Sequence record: MN850623.1
From: Escherichia phage sortsyn
DNA: 42,116 nt
Direction: 5' to 3' (one strand)
The notes beneath the pieces were generated by a model. That model saw only the letters and a list, made by a program, of their open reading frames with translations, made no database searches and had not been told where the DNA came from. The position numbers and the translations under genes were made by a program. Shown here one piece after another: positions 25,056 to 34,237 of the stretch (position 1 is its first letter; each line of letters begins with the position of its first letter).

Positions 25056-25238
25056 ATGCGTCCCCCGGTAACGCTGGCACAATTCGAAGCAACGAAGCGC
25101 GAGATCGCGGCGGGCTGGGTAGCAGTACCAGCCGATCCTGACACCTCGATCGACTGGGGCAACGTCGCGGCTCATGCCGTGGTGATCTTCCTGTGCGTCT
25201 GTGGTCTGCTGTGGCTGGCCTCGACCTTTATCAGATAA
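25056..25238 (+). CDS. Small membrane protein
   Basis: Start at ATG 25056 (the ORF-track extension runs through the terminator); C-terminal TM helix. Confidence 0.35.
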   Translation: MRPPVTLAQFEATKREIAAGWVAVPADPDTSIDWGNVAAHAVVIFLCVCGLLWLASTFIR

Positions 25239-25303
25239 CGCTTGCATGATGTACGCCCCGGCGATATGCTGGGGCCTTTCCACCCAACGAGAGAGATCGA
25301 ACA

Positions 25304-25774
25304 ATGTCAATCACCAGAACGAAAGAATGCCGCACCTGTGGCGCGACGGAGCCGAGAGGCTGGACCGAGGAGAAAGAGTTTATCTGTAGCGTGTGCCGTA
25401 ACAAGACCGTAGGCGAGGTCCTGGGTTATCGCACACTGACCGCACCGCGCAGCATGGCGAACAAGAGCCACGCCGCAGCAATGGCCCGCGCTATGGCGCA
25501 GGACAAACGCCCGGCGGCTCGCGGTACGCAGCAGGATCCGACGTCGGACCCGATGCACATCCTCAACCCGTTAAACCCGCTCTCCCCAGTGTCTCCGCTT
25601 AACCCGCTGAACGACTGGGACAGCAGCAGCCACCGCCAGTATGAAGCGAGCAGCGTCTCCAGCGTGTGCGACGACAGCAGCCGCCACACCAGCCACTCCT
25701 CCAGCCATGACTCCAGCAGCAGCTACGACAGCGGGAGCGACTCCTCCAGCTACTCGTCCGGGGGCTGTGACTGA
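25304..25774 (+). CDS. Zinc-ribbon protein with Ser-rich low-complexity C-terminus
   Basis: CRTCG...CSVCR at the N-terminus; NPLNPLSPVSPLNPLN repeats; Ser/Asp-rich tail. Confidence 0.5.
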   Translation: MSITRTKECRTCGATEPRGWTEEKEFICSVCRNKTVGEVLGYRTLTAPRSMANKSHAAAMARAMAQDKRPAARGTQQDPTSDPMHILNPLNPLSPVSPLNPLNDWDSSSHRQYEASSVSSVCDDSSRHTSHSSSHDSSSSYDSGSDSSSYSSGGCD

Positions 25775-26064
25775 TGGCGGTCGATAAGGGGCGCACCGTC
25801 GCCCGCAGCAAGGCGGAGGCAAGGCTGATAAAGGCTAAACTGTATCGCGGCCCGGAGTGCAAGATCCACGCGGGCAACTTCACCCGGTACACGTCAAACG
25901 GCGCTTGCATCATGTGCGCCAGCCTGACGGAGCCGAAGGGCAAGAGCCGGGGCTACATCGCCAAAAAGCGCGACGTCCAGGCGTTTAACCATCCCGTAAG
26001 CCCCTGGCCTATCACCGCCGAGAATATGCACCTTTGCCCGGATCTCTCGTTTAAGCGGACTTGA
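25774..26064 (+). CDS. Hypothetical Cys-containing basic protein
   Basis: TGATG overlap with upstream stop; RGPECKIHAGNF...GACIMCA. Confidence 0.45.
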   Translation: MAVDKGRTVARSKAEARLIKAKLYRGPECKIHAGNFTRYTSNGACIMCASLTEPKGKSRGYIAKKRDVQAFNHPVSPWPITAENMHLCPDLSFKRT

Positions 26065-26137
26065 TCACGCTTCCGTAACCGCCGATAATCCTCCGCGTAA
26101 CCCTGTGACACTCAGGCGATAACCGGAGGATTTTTTT

Positions 26138-26692
26138 GTGGCTAACGAGCAGAATTTAAAAAAGGGGAACAAGTTCTCCAAAGACAACCAGCCAGAGCGA
26201 CGCGGGAGGGCCAAGCAGAACCGGACCTTACTCCTCGAAGCCCTCCGAAAAGTACGCGTTAAGGAAGCGACCGGGCGCAGGATTGAGGATATCGATCCCG
26301 ACACTGGCGAGGTGAAGCTGAACAGCGAAACGGGCGAGCCGATCATGGTGGACGAATATGTGGAGGTCCCGCTCACGGAGGACATGTTCATCCAGCGGGC
26401 GATCCAGATGGCACTCGTAGACGGCGGCATGATGCGCGATATCATGAGCCGACTCATTCCCTACACGAAGCCCACCAGCCCGACCTATTGCTTTGAACTG
26501 ACCGGATCCACCCCGTCCGAGCGCATCACCGAGATCGAGGACCTGGTGGCGAATGGGGAGCTACCGTTCGACGCGGCGGAGGCAATGGTGAAGATGATCC
26601 GCCACGGCGCGGAAGTGTTCGAAATGTCCGAGATGGTCAAACGTCTGGACGCACTGGAGGCCCGACTGAATGGCGACAAAGAAGGCGAATAA
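26138..26692 (+). CDS. Terminase small subunit (putative)
   Basis: GTG start with GGAGG SD; N-terminus KKGNKFSKDNQPERRGRAKQNRT typical of small-terminase DNA-binding regions; sits just upstream of terL. Confidence 0.55.
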   Translation: MANEQNLKKGNKFSKDNQPERRGRAKQNRTLLLEALRKVRVKEATGRRIEDIDPDTGEVKLNSETGEPIMVDEYVEVPLTEDMFIQRAIQMALVDGGMMRDIMSRLIPYTKPTSPTYCFELTGSTPSERITEIEDLVANGELPFDAAEAMVKMIRHGAEVFEMSEMVKRLDALEARLNGDKEGE

Positions 26693-27104
26693 ACTCCCGC
26701 CGGACACTTACGGCAAGCTGGAGGCGCAGGGCCTGAAATGGTTCACGGCGTCCCCTTACCCTTATTTCATCGTGTGCTTTGACCCGCAGGACGAGGAGAT
26801 GGTGGCGAAGCTGGCGGAATGCTTCCCGGACTGGAACCGCGAGAAGGAGATCCAGCAGGGCGTCGCCATTGAGTACCACGCCGCCGACGTTAAGCTGGTG
26901 TTCGTGGGCGTCCGCCGGGGCCAATACTGGCGGACCACGATCGCACACGAGATCGTCCACGTTAAGAACTACATCGGCGACACGCTGGGGATCGAGTGGG
27001 ACCCGAACAACGACGAGCCGGAGGCGTACTTCGTGGGCTGGCTGTTTAACATGATGGAGCAGACCTTCGGGGATCTGGGCTATGGCAAAAAATCGAAAGG
27101 ATAA
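26670..27104 (+). CDS. HExxH motif protein (putative Zn-metallopeptidase-like) nested between terS and terL
   Basis: TIAHEIVHV HExxH motif; fills the 390-nt terS-terL interval with 23-nt overlaps on both sides; GGAGG SD. Confidence 0.5.
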   Translation: MATKKANKLPPDTYGKLEAQGLKWFTASPYPYFIVCFDPQDEEMVAKLAECFPDWNREKEIQQGVAIEYHAADVKLVFVGVRRGQYWRTTIAHEIVHVKNYIGDTLGIEWDPNNDEPEAYFVGWLFNMMEQTFGDLGYGKKSKG

Positions 27105-28704
27105 CCTCGATCGACTGGCTCGCCTGGAGGGGCGGGCCGCTTACGTCGCACGAGACGGCGGGCTGGTCTATGGCGTCTATGAGCCGGACGGGACCAGCGC
27201 CAAGCACTGCTACAACATGAAGAAGGTTAACGGAGAGTGGATCTACACCTCCGAGCCGCACGACATTACGATCGCGGAGTGTCTGACCCCGATCCTCCTC
27301 CGTCCGAAGCGCTTTATTATCCTGGTCGGGGGCCGTGGCTCCGGGAAGTCCCTCACCGTCGGCGGGATCATCGACGCGGACGCCCACGACGAGGCAGCGA
27401 GCGCGATGTGTCTCCGTGAGTACCAGGCATCGATCAAGGATTCAGTCCACCCGCTCCTCGTCAACCGGATCGAGGCTTACGGGCTGGACGGCTTCGAGGT
27501 ACTGGAGAAGGAGATCCGCCACTCCAACGGCGCGATCATCCGATTTAAGGGGATGGCCAGGGACCCGGCGGGCGTTAAGTCCGCGTTCGGCTTCCGTCGC
27601 TTCTGGGGCGAGGAGGCGCAGACCTTTTCCGCCGAGTCTCTCCGCCAGCTTACGCCGACCATGCGCGAAACGGGCGGCATGATGCTGTTCACCGCGAACC
27701 CCGGCTCCTCGGAGGATGCGTTCTCTCAGCGTTTTCTCATTCCATTCTGGGAGGATCTCCAGCGTGACGGCATCTACGAGGACGATCTCCACCTGATTAT
27801 CCGCGTGAACTGGGAAGATAATCCCTGGTTCCCCCCAGAGCTTCGATCGGAGATGGAGTTCGACCGCGTAACCCTCTCGAAAGCGCTGTTTGATCACGTA
27901 TGGGGCGGGATGTTTAACGACTCCGTACCGGATGCGATTATCCCGGCGGAATGGTTCGACGCGGCGATCGACGCCCACAAGAAACTCGGATTCAAGCCGT
28001 CCGGCATGAGGATCGGCGCACTCGACCCGGCGGACGTCGGGGCGGATAACAAGGCATACGGCGAGCGCTTCGGCTCCGTCGTCACCCATATGGAGGAATG
28101 GTTCGAAGGGGACGCGAACGACTCCGTAGACAAGGCGATCAACACGGCGAAGGACCACGGGATCGAGGCGTTCGTGTGGGACCGCGCCGGACTGGGCGCT
28201 GGCCTCCGTCGCCAGGTTACGGACTCATACGCCGGGACGAACGTCCTCGTAGACGGCTACAACGCCGGGGACGGCGTGAAGTTCCCGGACAACCCTGTGG
28301 AGCTGGATCACTGGCTCAACAACAAGGCGAAGGGCGACAACATTCAGAAGAATATCGACGCTTTCGCGAACCGTGGCTCCCAGGATATCTACCTGTTACG
28401 GAAGCGCTTCGAAAGGACTTACGAGGCCGTGGTGAAGGGCGTCTATCACAACCCGGACGACCTTATCAGCCTGGACAGCGAGGGGATCGGGGAGCATATG
28501 ACCAAACTCAGGGCCGAAGTGTGCCGCATCCCGCGCATTTACAACACGAACGGGAAGTTTGCCAGGATGCCAAAACCCCAAATGAGAACAAAACTCAAAA
28601 TGAAATCCCCAGGGATGGCGGACGTTCTTTGCATGTTAATGCAGCCACCGGAAGCGAAAAAAGAGGATGATTACAGCTATTATCAAGTGCCTAGCAACTC
28701 GTAA
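27082..28704 (+). CDS. Terminase large subunit
   Basis: Walker A VGGRGSGKS, ATPase plus nuclease domain layout, upstream of portal. Confidence 0.9.
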   Translation: MAKNRKDNLDRLARLEGRAAYVARDGGLVYGVYEPDGTSAKHCYNMKKVNGEWIYTSEPHDITIAECLTPILLRPKRFIILVGGRGSGKSLTVGGIIDADAHDEAASAMCLREYQASIKDSVHPLLVNRIEAYGLDGFEVLEKEIRHSNGAIIRFKGMARDPAGVKSAFGFRRFWGEEAQTFSAESLRQLTPTMRETGGMMLFTANPGSSEDAFSQRFLIPFWEDLQRDGIYEDDLHLIIRVNWEDNPWFPPELRSEMEFDRVTLSKALFDHVWGGMFNDSVPDAIIPAEWFDAAIDAHKKLGFKPSGMRIGALDPADVGADNKAYGERFGSVVTHMEEWFEGDANDSVDKAINTAKDHGIEAFVWDRAGLGAGLRRQVTDSYAGTNVLVDGYNAGDGVKFPDNPVELDHWLNNKAKGDNIQKNIDAFANRGSQDIYLLRKRFERTYEAVVKGVYHNPDDLISLDSEGIGEHMTKLRAEVCRIPRIYNTNGKFARMPKPQMRTKLKMKSPGMADVLCMLMQPPEAKKEDDYSYYQVPSNS

Positions 28705-28743
28705 TAGTTTGCGTGTATAATGCCGATGATATGACAAACGGAG

Positions 28744-29295
28744 ATGATTATGATCGGCATTGTGGACTATGACGGCGAGATGGTGGCTTGTAAGCATTGC
28801 GGAGAAGTTAAGGCAAGGACGCCGGATAACTTCGCTACTACGTCCGGCTATAAGGGGCGTAAATATGTTATGAAGGTATGCCGCAAATGCAAGAACAGCA
28901 GACACGCAGACAGGCAGCGGAAGAAGCGCGAGGCGGAGCCGGAGGTGGATCAGGCTATGCGTGAGGCAGTGAGGCGACACCGGGCAACCGGGCGAGGCTA
29001 TGCGGTATGCAAGATCAACACGTACCGAAGCCGTGACCGAAAGAAGGGCATGGAGTGCGATCTGGATCCAGACTGGTATCTGGAGAACATCACCGCCAAG
29101 CCCTGCTACTCATGCGGAGAGACGTCCGACACTATGGGCGCGGACCGCATAGACAACGACCTGGGACACATCAAGGGCAACGTTTTACCCTGCTGTGCTG
29201 ATTGCAATAGAATAAGGGCGCACCGTTTTACGATGGAAGATATGCGCGACCTAATCGGGCCAGCTATCGCAAAAGTGAAGGCAAGGCGGCTATAA
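28744..29295 (+). CDS. HNH endonuclease (free-standing, between terL and portal)
   Basis: GADRIDNDLGHIKGNVLPCCADCNRIRA HNH core plus Cys4 zinc ligands; AGA/AGG/ATA codon usage unlike neighbours. Confidence 0.8.
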   Translation: MIMIGIVDYDGEMVACKHCGEVKARTPDNFATTSGYKGRKYVMKVCRKCKNSRHADRQRKKREAEPEVDQAMREAVRRHRATGRGYAVCKINTYRSRDRKKGMECDLDPDWYLENITAKPCYSCGETSDTMGADRIDNDLGHIKGNVLPCCADCNRIRAHRFTMEDMRDLIGPAIAKVKARRL

Positions 29296-29325
29296 TCACG
29301 CCACTAACGACGAATACCGGAGATT

Positions 29326-31563
29326 ATGATGGCACGAGCAACGAAGAAGGCGCAGAACTGGCAGGAATGCGCACGTAATAAGTTAAGCGCCGCGATCGGG
29401 AGCGAGGAGTCCAGTCGTAAGAAGATGATCGAAACGGCCCGTTTCGTCCGCATTCCGGGCGCACAATGGGAAGGATCGACGAACTCCGGCTTTGCGATGG
29501 ATGATGAACGATTCCAGAAATACCCTCGATTCGAGCTTAACAAGGTCGGGCGCGAGGTGGATCGCATTATCACCGACTACCGCCTGAACCGCATCAATGT
29601 TACTTTCCGCCCGAAGGACACCCAGGCCTCCGAAGAACTGGCGGACAAGTTAAACGGCAAGTTCCGCGCAGACTTCCAGGAGTCGAACGGGCCGGAGTCC
29701 GTGGACAATACCTACGACGACGGCGTGACGGGCGGAATGGGCGCTTTTCGCATGGACACCGAACTGGAGGACGAGTTCGACCCGGACAACGAGGCCCGGC
29801 ATATTGTTTTCTATCCGATCTATGATCCGGCCTCGTGCCTGTTTATCGATCAGGACTCCAAAATGTACGATCGTTCGGATGCCATGTGGATGGCGGAGCT
29901 ATTCAGCATGACCCCAGACAAGTACGAGGAGAAATATCCCGACGCGCTCGCCCCGGAGGACCTGCTGGCGATGGACACCGGGAAGCAATTCGACTGGGCC
30001 ACGAAGGACGCGATCTATCTGGCGCGTTACTACGAGGTGAAGATCGAGGACACCACCGTGATCTCCTATAAGAACCCACTCACCGGGGACGTGGAGGTAT
30101 ACGACGAGGACGAGATCGAGCAGATCGAGGACGAGCTTAAGGCCGGAGGCTGGGAGCGCCAGAAGGACCGCAAGGTGAAACGCCGTAAGGTCTATTGCGG
30201 CCTAATGTCCGGCGGTGAATGGATCGAGGAGCCGAAGCTGATCCCGTTCGAATGGATCCCGATCTTCGTGTTCAACGCCCGCCGCTCGTTTATCGACAAC
30301 ATGGAGCGCGTAAGCGGTCACGCGACCCAGGCCCTCGACGCGCAACGTCTGGAAAACCTGATCGTGTCCATGATGGCGGACCAGGCCGCGCAGTCTGGCG
30401 GCGATAACATCCCGATCATGGATATCGACATGATTCCCGGCAAGCTGGCGGACGCCTGGGGGGAACGTAACACGAAGCGCCCGGCATACTTGCCCGCGAA
30501 ATCGCTCCGTAATGCCGCTGGTGAGGTCGTGCAGCAAGCCGGGCCACTGGGTTACACGCCATCGACTCCGCTCTCTCCAGCGCTGGCGGCGGTCCTCCAG
30601 TACACCGGGAGCACTATCCAGCAGATCGTCGGATCCTCCCAGGTCGAGGCCCTTCCGTCGAACCTTGCGACCGAAACCGTGGAGGCTATTTTCGCCCGCA
30701 TGGACGGCCAGGGCGCTCTCTACATGGACAACCTGGGGAAAACCCTCCGCCATTGCGGGCGTGTTTACCTCAGCGCGGCCCGCAAGGTCTACGGCTCGGA
30801 AAACTACGTCCGAATCAAGAACGAGGACGGGACCGACGATCTCGTGTTAATGACCGGGAAAGTGATCGACCGCGACACGGACGAGGCGATCGCGATTAAC
30901 GACCTCAAGCGCGGAAAATATGAGGTCGAGGCCGACGTGGGCGAGTCCAGCAGCACCAAACGGACTGCAACCGTCCGCAGCCTGACGACGCTCCTCCAGT
31001 CGATGGCACCAGGCGACCCGAACGCCGCCGTAGTCATGGGCCTGATCATCATGAACATGGACGGCGAAGGCTTGCAGGACTTCAAAGAGTACAGCCGCCG
31101 CCAGCTTCTCCTTAACGGCATTATCAAGCCGCAGACGGACGAAGAAAAAGCCCTTGTTCAACAGGCCCAGCAAGCGGCCCAGCAGCAGGAAAACCCGGAG
31201 ATGGTAGCCGCTCAGGGCGTAGCGCAGCAGGGACAGGCCGCAGTGATGGAGCAGGAGAACAAGCGCTTAGAATTGCAACTCAAGGCGCAGAGCACCGCGT
31301 CCGACGGCAATCTGAAACAGGCGCAGACGGTCAAGACGATGGCAGAGGCGGCAGCAATCCCGCAGGATCAGCTATTGAGCGCGATCGCCGTCCTCCAGAA
31401 GTACGTGAGCCAGCAGAACAGCGACGCCCACAAACAGGCGGATCTGTTCCTCAAGGCGCAGGGGCAAGGCCACAACCAGCAGGAGGATCGGAACGCTCGC
31501 GAGATGGCAGAACGCCAGGCGCAGCAGTCCGCCGATCGCCAGTTAGGACTCGCTGGCCTGTAA
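29326..31563 (+). CDS. Portal protein (P22 gp1-like)
   Basis: Colinear similarity to P22 portal as recalled (FYEV...EDT, KRRKVY, IPIFVF segments) and a Gln/Ala-rich C-terminal barrel region (LVQQAQQAAQQQENPEMVAAQGVAQQGQAAV). Confidence 0.92.
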   Translation: MMARATKKAQNWQECARNKLSAAIGSEESSRKKMIETARFVRIPGAQWEGSTNSGFAMDDERFQKYPRFELNKVGREVDRIITDYRLNRINVTFRPKDTQASEELADKLNGKFRADFQESNGPESVDNTYDDGVTGGMGAFRMDTELEDEFDPDNEARHIVFYPIYDPASCLFIDQDSKMYDRSDAMWMAELFSMTPDKYEEKYPDALAPEDLLAMDTGKQFDWATKDAIYLARYYEVKIEDTTVISYKNPLTGDVEVYDEDEIEQIEDELKAGGWERQKDRKVKRRKVYCGLMSGGEWIEEPKLIPFEWIPIFVFNARRSFIDNMERVSGHATQALDAQRLENLIVSMMADQAAQSGGDNIPIMDIDMIPGKLADAWGERNTKRPAYLPAKSLRNAAGEVVQQAGPLGYTPSTPLSPALAAVLQYTGSTIQQIVGSSQVEALPSNLATETVEAIFARMDGQGALYMDNLGKTLRHCGRVYLSAARKVYGSENYVRIKNEDGTDDLVLMTGKVIDRDTDEAIAINDLKRGKYEVEADVGESSSTKRTATVRSLTTLLQSMAPGDPNAAVVMGLIIMNMDGEGLQDFKEYSRRQLLLNGIIKPQTDEEKALVQQAQQAAQQQENPEMVAAQGVAQQGQAAVMEQENKRLELQLKAQSTASDGNLKQAQTVKTMAEAAAIPQDQLLSAIAVLQKYVSQQNSDAHKQADLFLKAQGQGHNQQEDRNAREMAERQAQQSADRQLGLAGL

Positions 31564-31594
31564 CTGGTCGGACCGCACGAAAAGCTAAAGACAA

Positions 31595-31620
31595 GCCCGG
31601 CAAGTCCGGGCTATTCTTTG
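31595..31620 (+). terminator. Terminator-like hairpin after portal
   Basis: Stem GCCCGG/CCGGGC then TATTCTTTG. Confidence 0.5.
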
Positions 31621-31658
31621 CCTCGACACATCACTAAACCATTACAAAGGAGTTTTGA

Positions 31659-31880
31659 ATGGCCCGATCACTGATAGCAGTCAAAGACGCCGCCGGGGAA
31701 AAGTATCTCCTCCCGGTCCGTAACATCGTGAGCGTGACGGAGTTCCCGGACAACGAGCGCCGCGTGGAGGTCAAAGTCCGCGAGCCGATCAACGGCCCAG
31801 ACGGGCGGATCTGTGGGTACGAGTTAAATCTGTATTACTCGCCAATGTCGATCGCACAATTCGAAGGGGCTTACGCATGA
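31659..31880 (+). CDS. Hypothetical protein
   Basis: 73-aa ORF. Confidence 0.45.
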   Translation: MARSLIAVKDAAGEKYLLPVRNIVSVTEFPDNERRVEVKVREPINGPDGRICGYELNLYYSPMSIAQFEGAYA

Positions 31881-32290
31881 ACCAGGAAAAAGTAATCCGC
31901 GCCGTTCTTCTGGCTCAGGCCGACGAGATGGGGATCCTCGACAAAGTGAAGGCGCACGAGGCCCGCCTGGCGGCTCGCTTCATCCAGCAGCCGACCGAGG
32001 AGGATCTGGCGGCGTATGGCCTGGCGCTGGCGCTGGTCGGCGCTCGCGCTTCGGAACTCATGACCAACGCGGAGCCGCAGGTGAAGGCGGGCGAGGTGGA
32101 ACCCGCTCCGATCGAGGTGGACCTGATGCCGACGGCGGAGCAGGTGGAGGCGGGCATTAAATCCCTGTGGGACGTCATACCGGGCGCGATGGATCAAGTC
32201 GTGCAGGACGACCCGGACGGCTCGGACGCGGTATTTTCTGACGCGGTGACGTTCGTCTGGCAAGGCATGATCGGCGCTCGCGCCAAATAG
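31877..32290 (+). CDS. Hypothetical protein
   Basis: 137-aa ORF; stop TAG is the first triplet of cassette copy F. Confidence 0.45.
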   Translation: MNQEKVIRAVLLAQADEMGILDKVKAHEARLAARFIQQPTEEDLAAYGLALALVGARASELMTNAEPQVKAGEVEPAPIEVDLMPTAEQVEAGIKSLWDVIPGAMDQVVQDDPDGSDAVFSDAVTFVWQGMIGARAK

Positions 32291-32330
32291 CACGAATTGC
32301 TAAAACAGCCTGATTATCAAATGTTATATT
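32288..32330 (+). promoter_or_regulatory. Promoter cassette copy F: palindrome TAGCACGAATTGCTA plus TGtTATATT extended -10
   Basis: Palindrome 32288-32302; hexamer 32325-32330. Confidence 0.55.
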
Positions 32331-32380
32331 GATTGTGTCGGCGGGGAATGGTCCCCGCCACTGACCAGAGAGACTACAAA

Positions 32381-32818
32381 ATGACTACTAAAACTTACAT
32401 CAAAAAACAATTCATTTGCCTGTGCGTCGCGGACGGTACACGCTCCAGCTTCTACAAACGCGGGGAGACTTACGTCTCCGACCACGACCTGGGCGACCTG
32501 TACAGCGTGGAGAAGCACACGAAGGACAACTCCGACCCGGCGCTGGTCCTGCTGGAGACTCGCGAGATCGAGATCGTCTACGAGGAGCCGACCGCCGAGC
32601 GCATCGCGGAACTTGCTCTCCCACTGCTGGAGAATGGCCTCCAGACCCTCCGCGCTTCGTTCTACATGGCGGAACAGAAGTTCCTCGCCGACATTGCCAG
32701 CATTCGCCAGCTTACCTACAAAGGCCCAATCGAAGGCGACTACGTGGCAGCAGCCGACAGCGCTCGCGACGTAACCCCTCGCAAGGACGACGACGTGGAG
32801 GACGCCGAGATCGTATGA
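32381..32818 (+). CDS. Hypothetical protein, first gene after promoter cassette copy F
   Basis: Start at ATG 32381 downstream of the cassette 5'UTR hairpin (ORF track 32333). Confidence 0.5.
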   Translation: MTTKTYIKKQFICLCVADGTRSSFYKRGETYVSDHDLGDLYSVEKHTKDNSDPALVLLETREIEIVYEEPTAERIAELALPLLENGLQTLRASFYMAEQKFLADIASIRQLTYKGPIEGDYVAAADSARDVTPRKDDDVEDAEIV

Positions 32819-33081
32819 AACATCACTATTTAGCCTTTCCGAGCGGGGGAGTCGCATCCCTCGCGAAGCTGGCCCAGGTGGAGACGGAACTCCACGACCT
32901 GGACGGCTTCCTGACCGGGCCAGAGGGGAACCGCTGGCGCATCGTAGCCAGTGAGAGGATCCACGGCTTCGAGAAGGACGGGGGAGACGTCGCGCCGTAC
33001 TACGTGATCCCCGCTTCGGTTCCACCGCATCACGAGGCGCTCTACCTATCCCAGCAGGTCGTAAGAGCCGCCACGAAATAA
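32815..33081 (+). CDS. Hypothetical protein
   Basis: ATGA overlap with upstream stop; 88 aa. Confidence 0.45.
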   Translation: MKHHYLAFPSGGVASLAKLAQVETELHDLDGFLTGPEGNRWRIVASERIHGFEKDGGDVAPYYVIPASVPPHHEALYLSQQVVRAATK

Positions 33082-33089
33082 CCCGCCAC

Positions 33090-33101
33090 ACTGGGGGGAT
33101 C
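33090..33101 (+). repeat. 12-mer ACTGGGGGGATC, copy 2 of 3
   Basis: Exact repeat, immediately after a stop codon. Confidence 0.5.
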
Positions 33102-33131
33102 GTTAATCGCGATCTCCCCTGTTTGCATTTT
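33093..33131 (+). terminator. Terminator-like hairpin
   Basis: Stem GGGGGGATCG/CGATCTCCCC (one G-U wobble) then U-rich tail; contains the ACTGGGGGGATC 12-mer. Confidence 0.5.
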
Positions 33132-33207
33132 CCCGCCGTCCTCGCTTAAACTTACACCCGCCACCGATGGGCGAAAACATCGCGTATGCAACAAACGAGG
33201 ATCTACA

Positions 33208-34203
33208 ATGAAATTCCGAAATATGTTTTTGAAATATTACGCAGAGCACGACGACGGATCTCAGGGAGGCGGCGACGGCGGCGCAGCGGCGTATGAGGCT
33301 CAACAAGGGCAGCAGGGCGAAAACGCCGACGACAATCCAGACACCGACCCGGACGAGAAGGATCCCGGCAACGCGGACACCGACCCGGACGAGCAGGACC
33401 TGGACGAAAACGGCGAGCCTAAGACGAAGGAAGGCGAGAACGGCGAGGACGACGATCAGGAGGAGGAGTTCCTGTTCGATGGTAAAGCCGTGACCGTTGA
33501 ACCGACCGACGAGGACGACCAGGAAGGCGACACCGAACTGGTGAAACGTCTCCGCGCTCAACTTCGCGAGCAGAAAAAACAGATTAAGGGATCCACCCAG
33601 AAGAAGGATCCGCAGGAAATCCCCGCCGATATGCCGCGTAAGCCGGAAATGGGCGACGAGGGGATCGACTGGGACCCGGAGAAGTACGCCGAAGCGCTGG
33701 ACAAGTGGACCGAGGATAAGGCAGCTTTCCAGCAGCACCAGGCGGCGCAGGAAGCGAAGCGCGAAGCGTTCGGGAAGAAATTCCAGGAAGGCCAGACGCG
33801 CTACCAGACGGAACGCGCAAAGGCGATCAAGAAGTACGCAGGATTTGAGAAGGCCGAAGCGGCGATCGCAGAACTGCCGGAGCCACTCCAGGCGGGCCTG
33901 ATGATCACCAGCCAGAACCCGACGGCGCTCGTGATGGCACTGGGACGCAATGCTGATTTGCGTAAACAGGTCGAGGACGCTTACAATAACGATCACATTG
34001 CGCTGGGCTATCTTATCCGCGATATTGAAAGCCGAGCGGGATCCGCACCGAAGGCGAAGCAGCAGCTTAACAAAACGCCGGACGTTAAGGGCCAGAATGG
34101 AGTCGCTAACGTGGGCCAACTCGAAGCCCTTCGCAAGAAGGCCGAAGAAACCGGGGATTATACGGCATACTTCGCGGCGAAAGAGAAGCGGGAAAAGAAG
34201 TAA
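33208..34203 (+). CDS. Scaffolding protein
   Basis: Acidic, helical, Lys/Glu-rich 331-aa protein between portal and coat. Confidence 0.7.
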   Translation: MKFRNMFLKYYAEHDDGSQGGGDGGAAAYEAQQGQQGENADDNPDTDPDEKDPGNADTDPDEQDLDENGEPKTKEGENGEDDDQEEEFLFDGKAVTVEPTDEDDQEGDTELVKRLRAQLREQKKQIKGSTQKKDPQEIPADMPRKPEMGDEGIDWDPEKYAEALDKWTEDKAAFQQHQAAQEAKREAFGKKFQEGQTRYQTERAKAIKKYAGFEKAEAAIAELPEPLQAGLMITSQNPTALVMALGRNADLRKQVEDAYNNDHIALGYLIRDIESRAGSAPKAKQQLNKTPDVKGQNGVANVGQLEALRKKAEETGDYTAYFAAKEKREKK

Positions 34204-34237
34204 ACTAAATTAATCACTCATCGGTGGAGATAGGATA

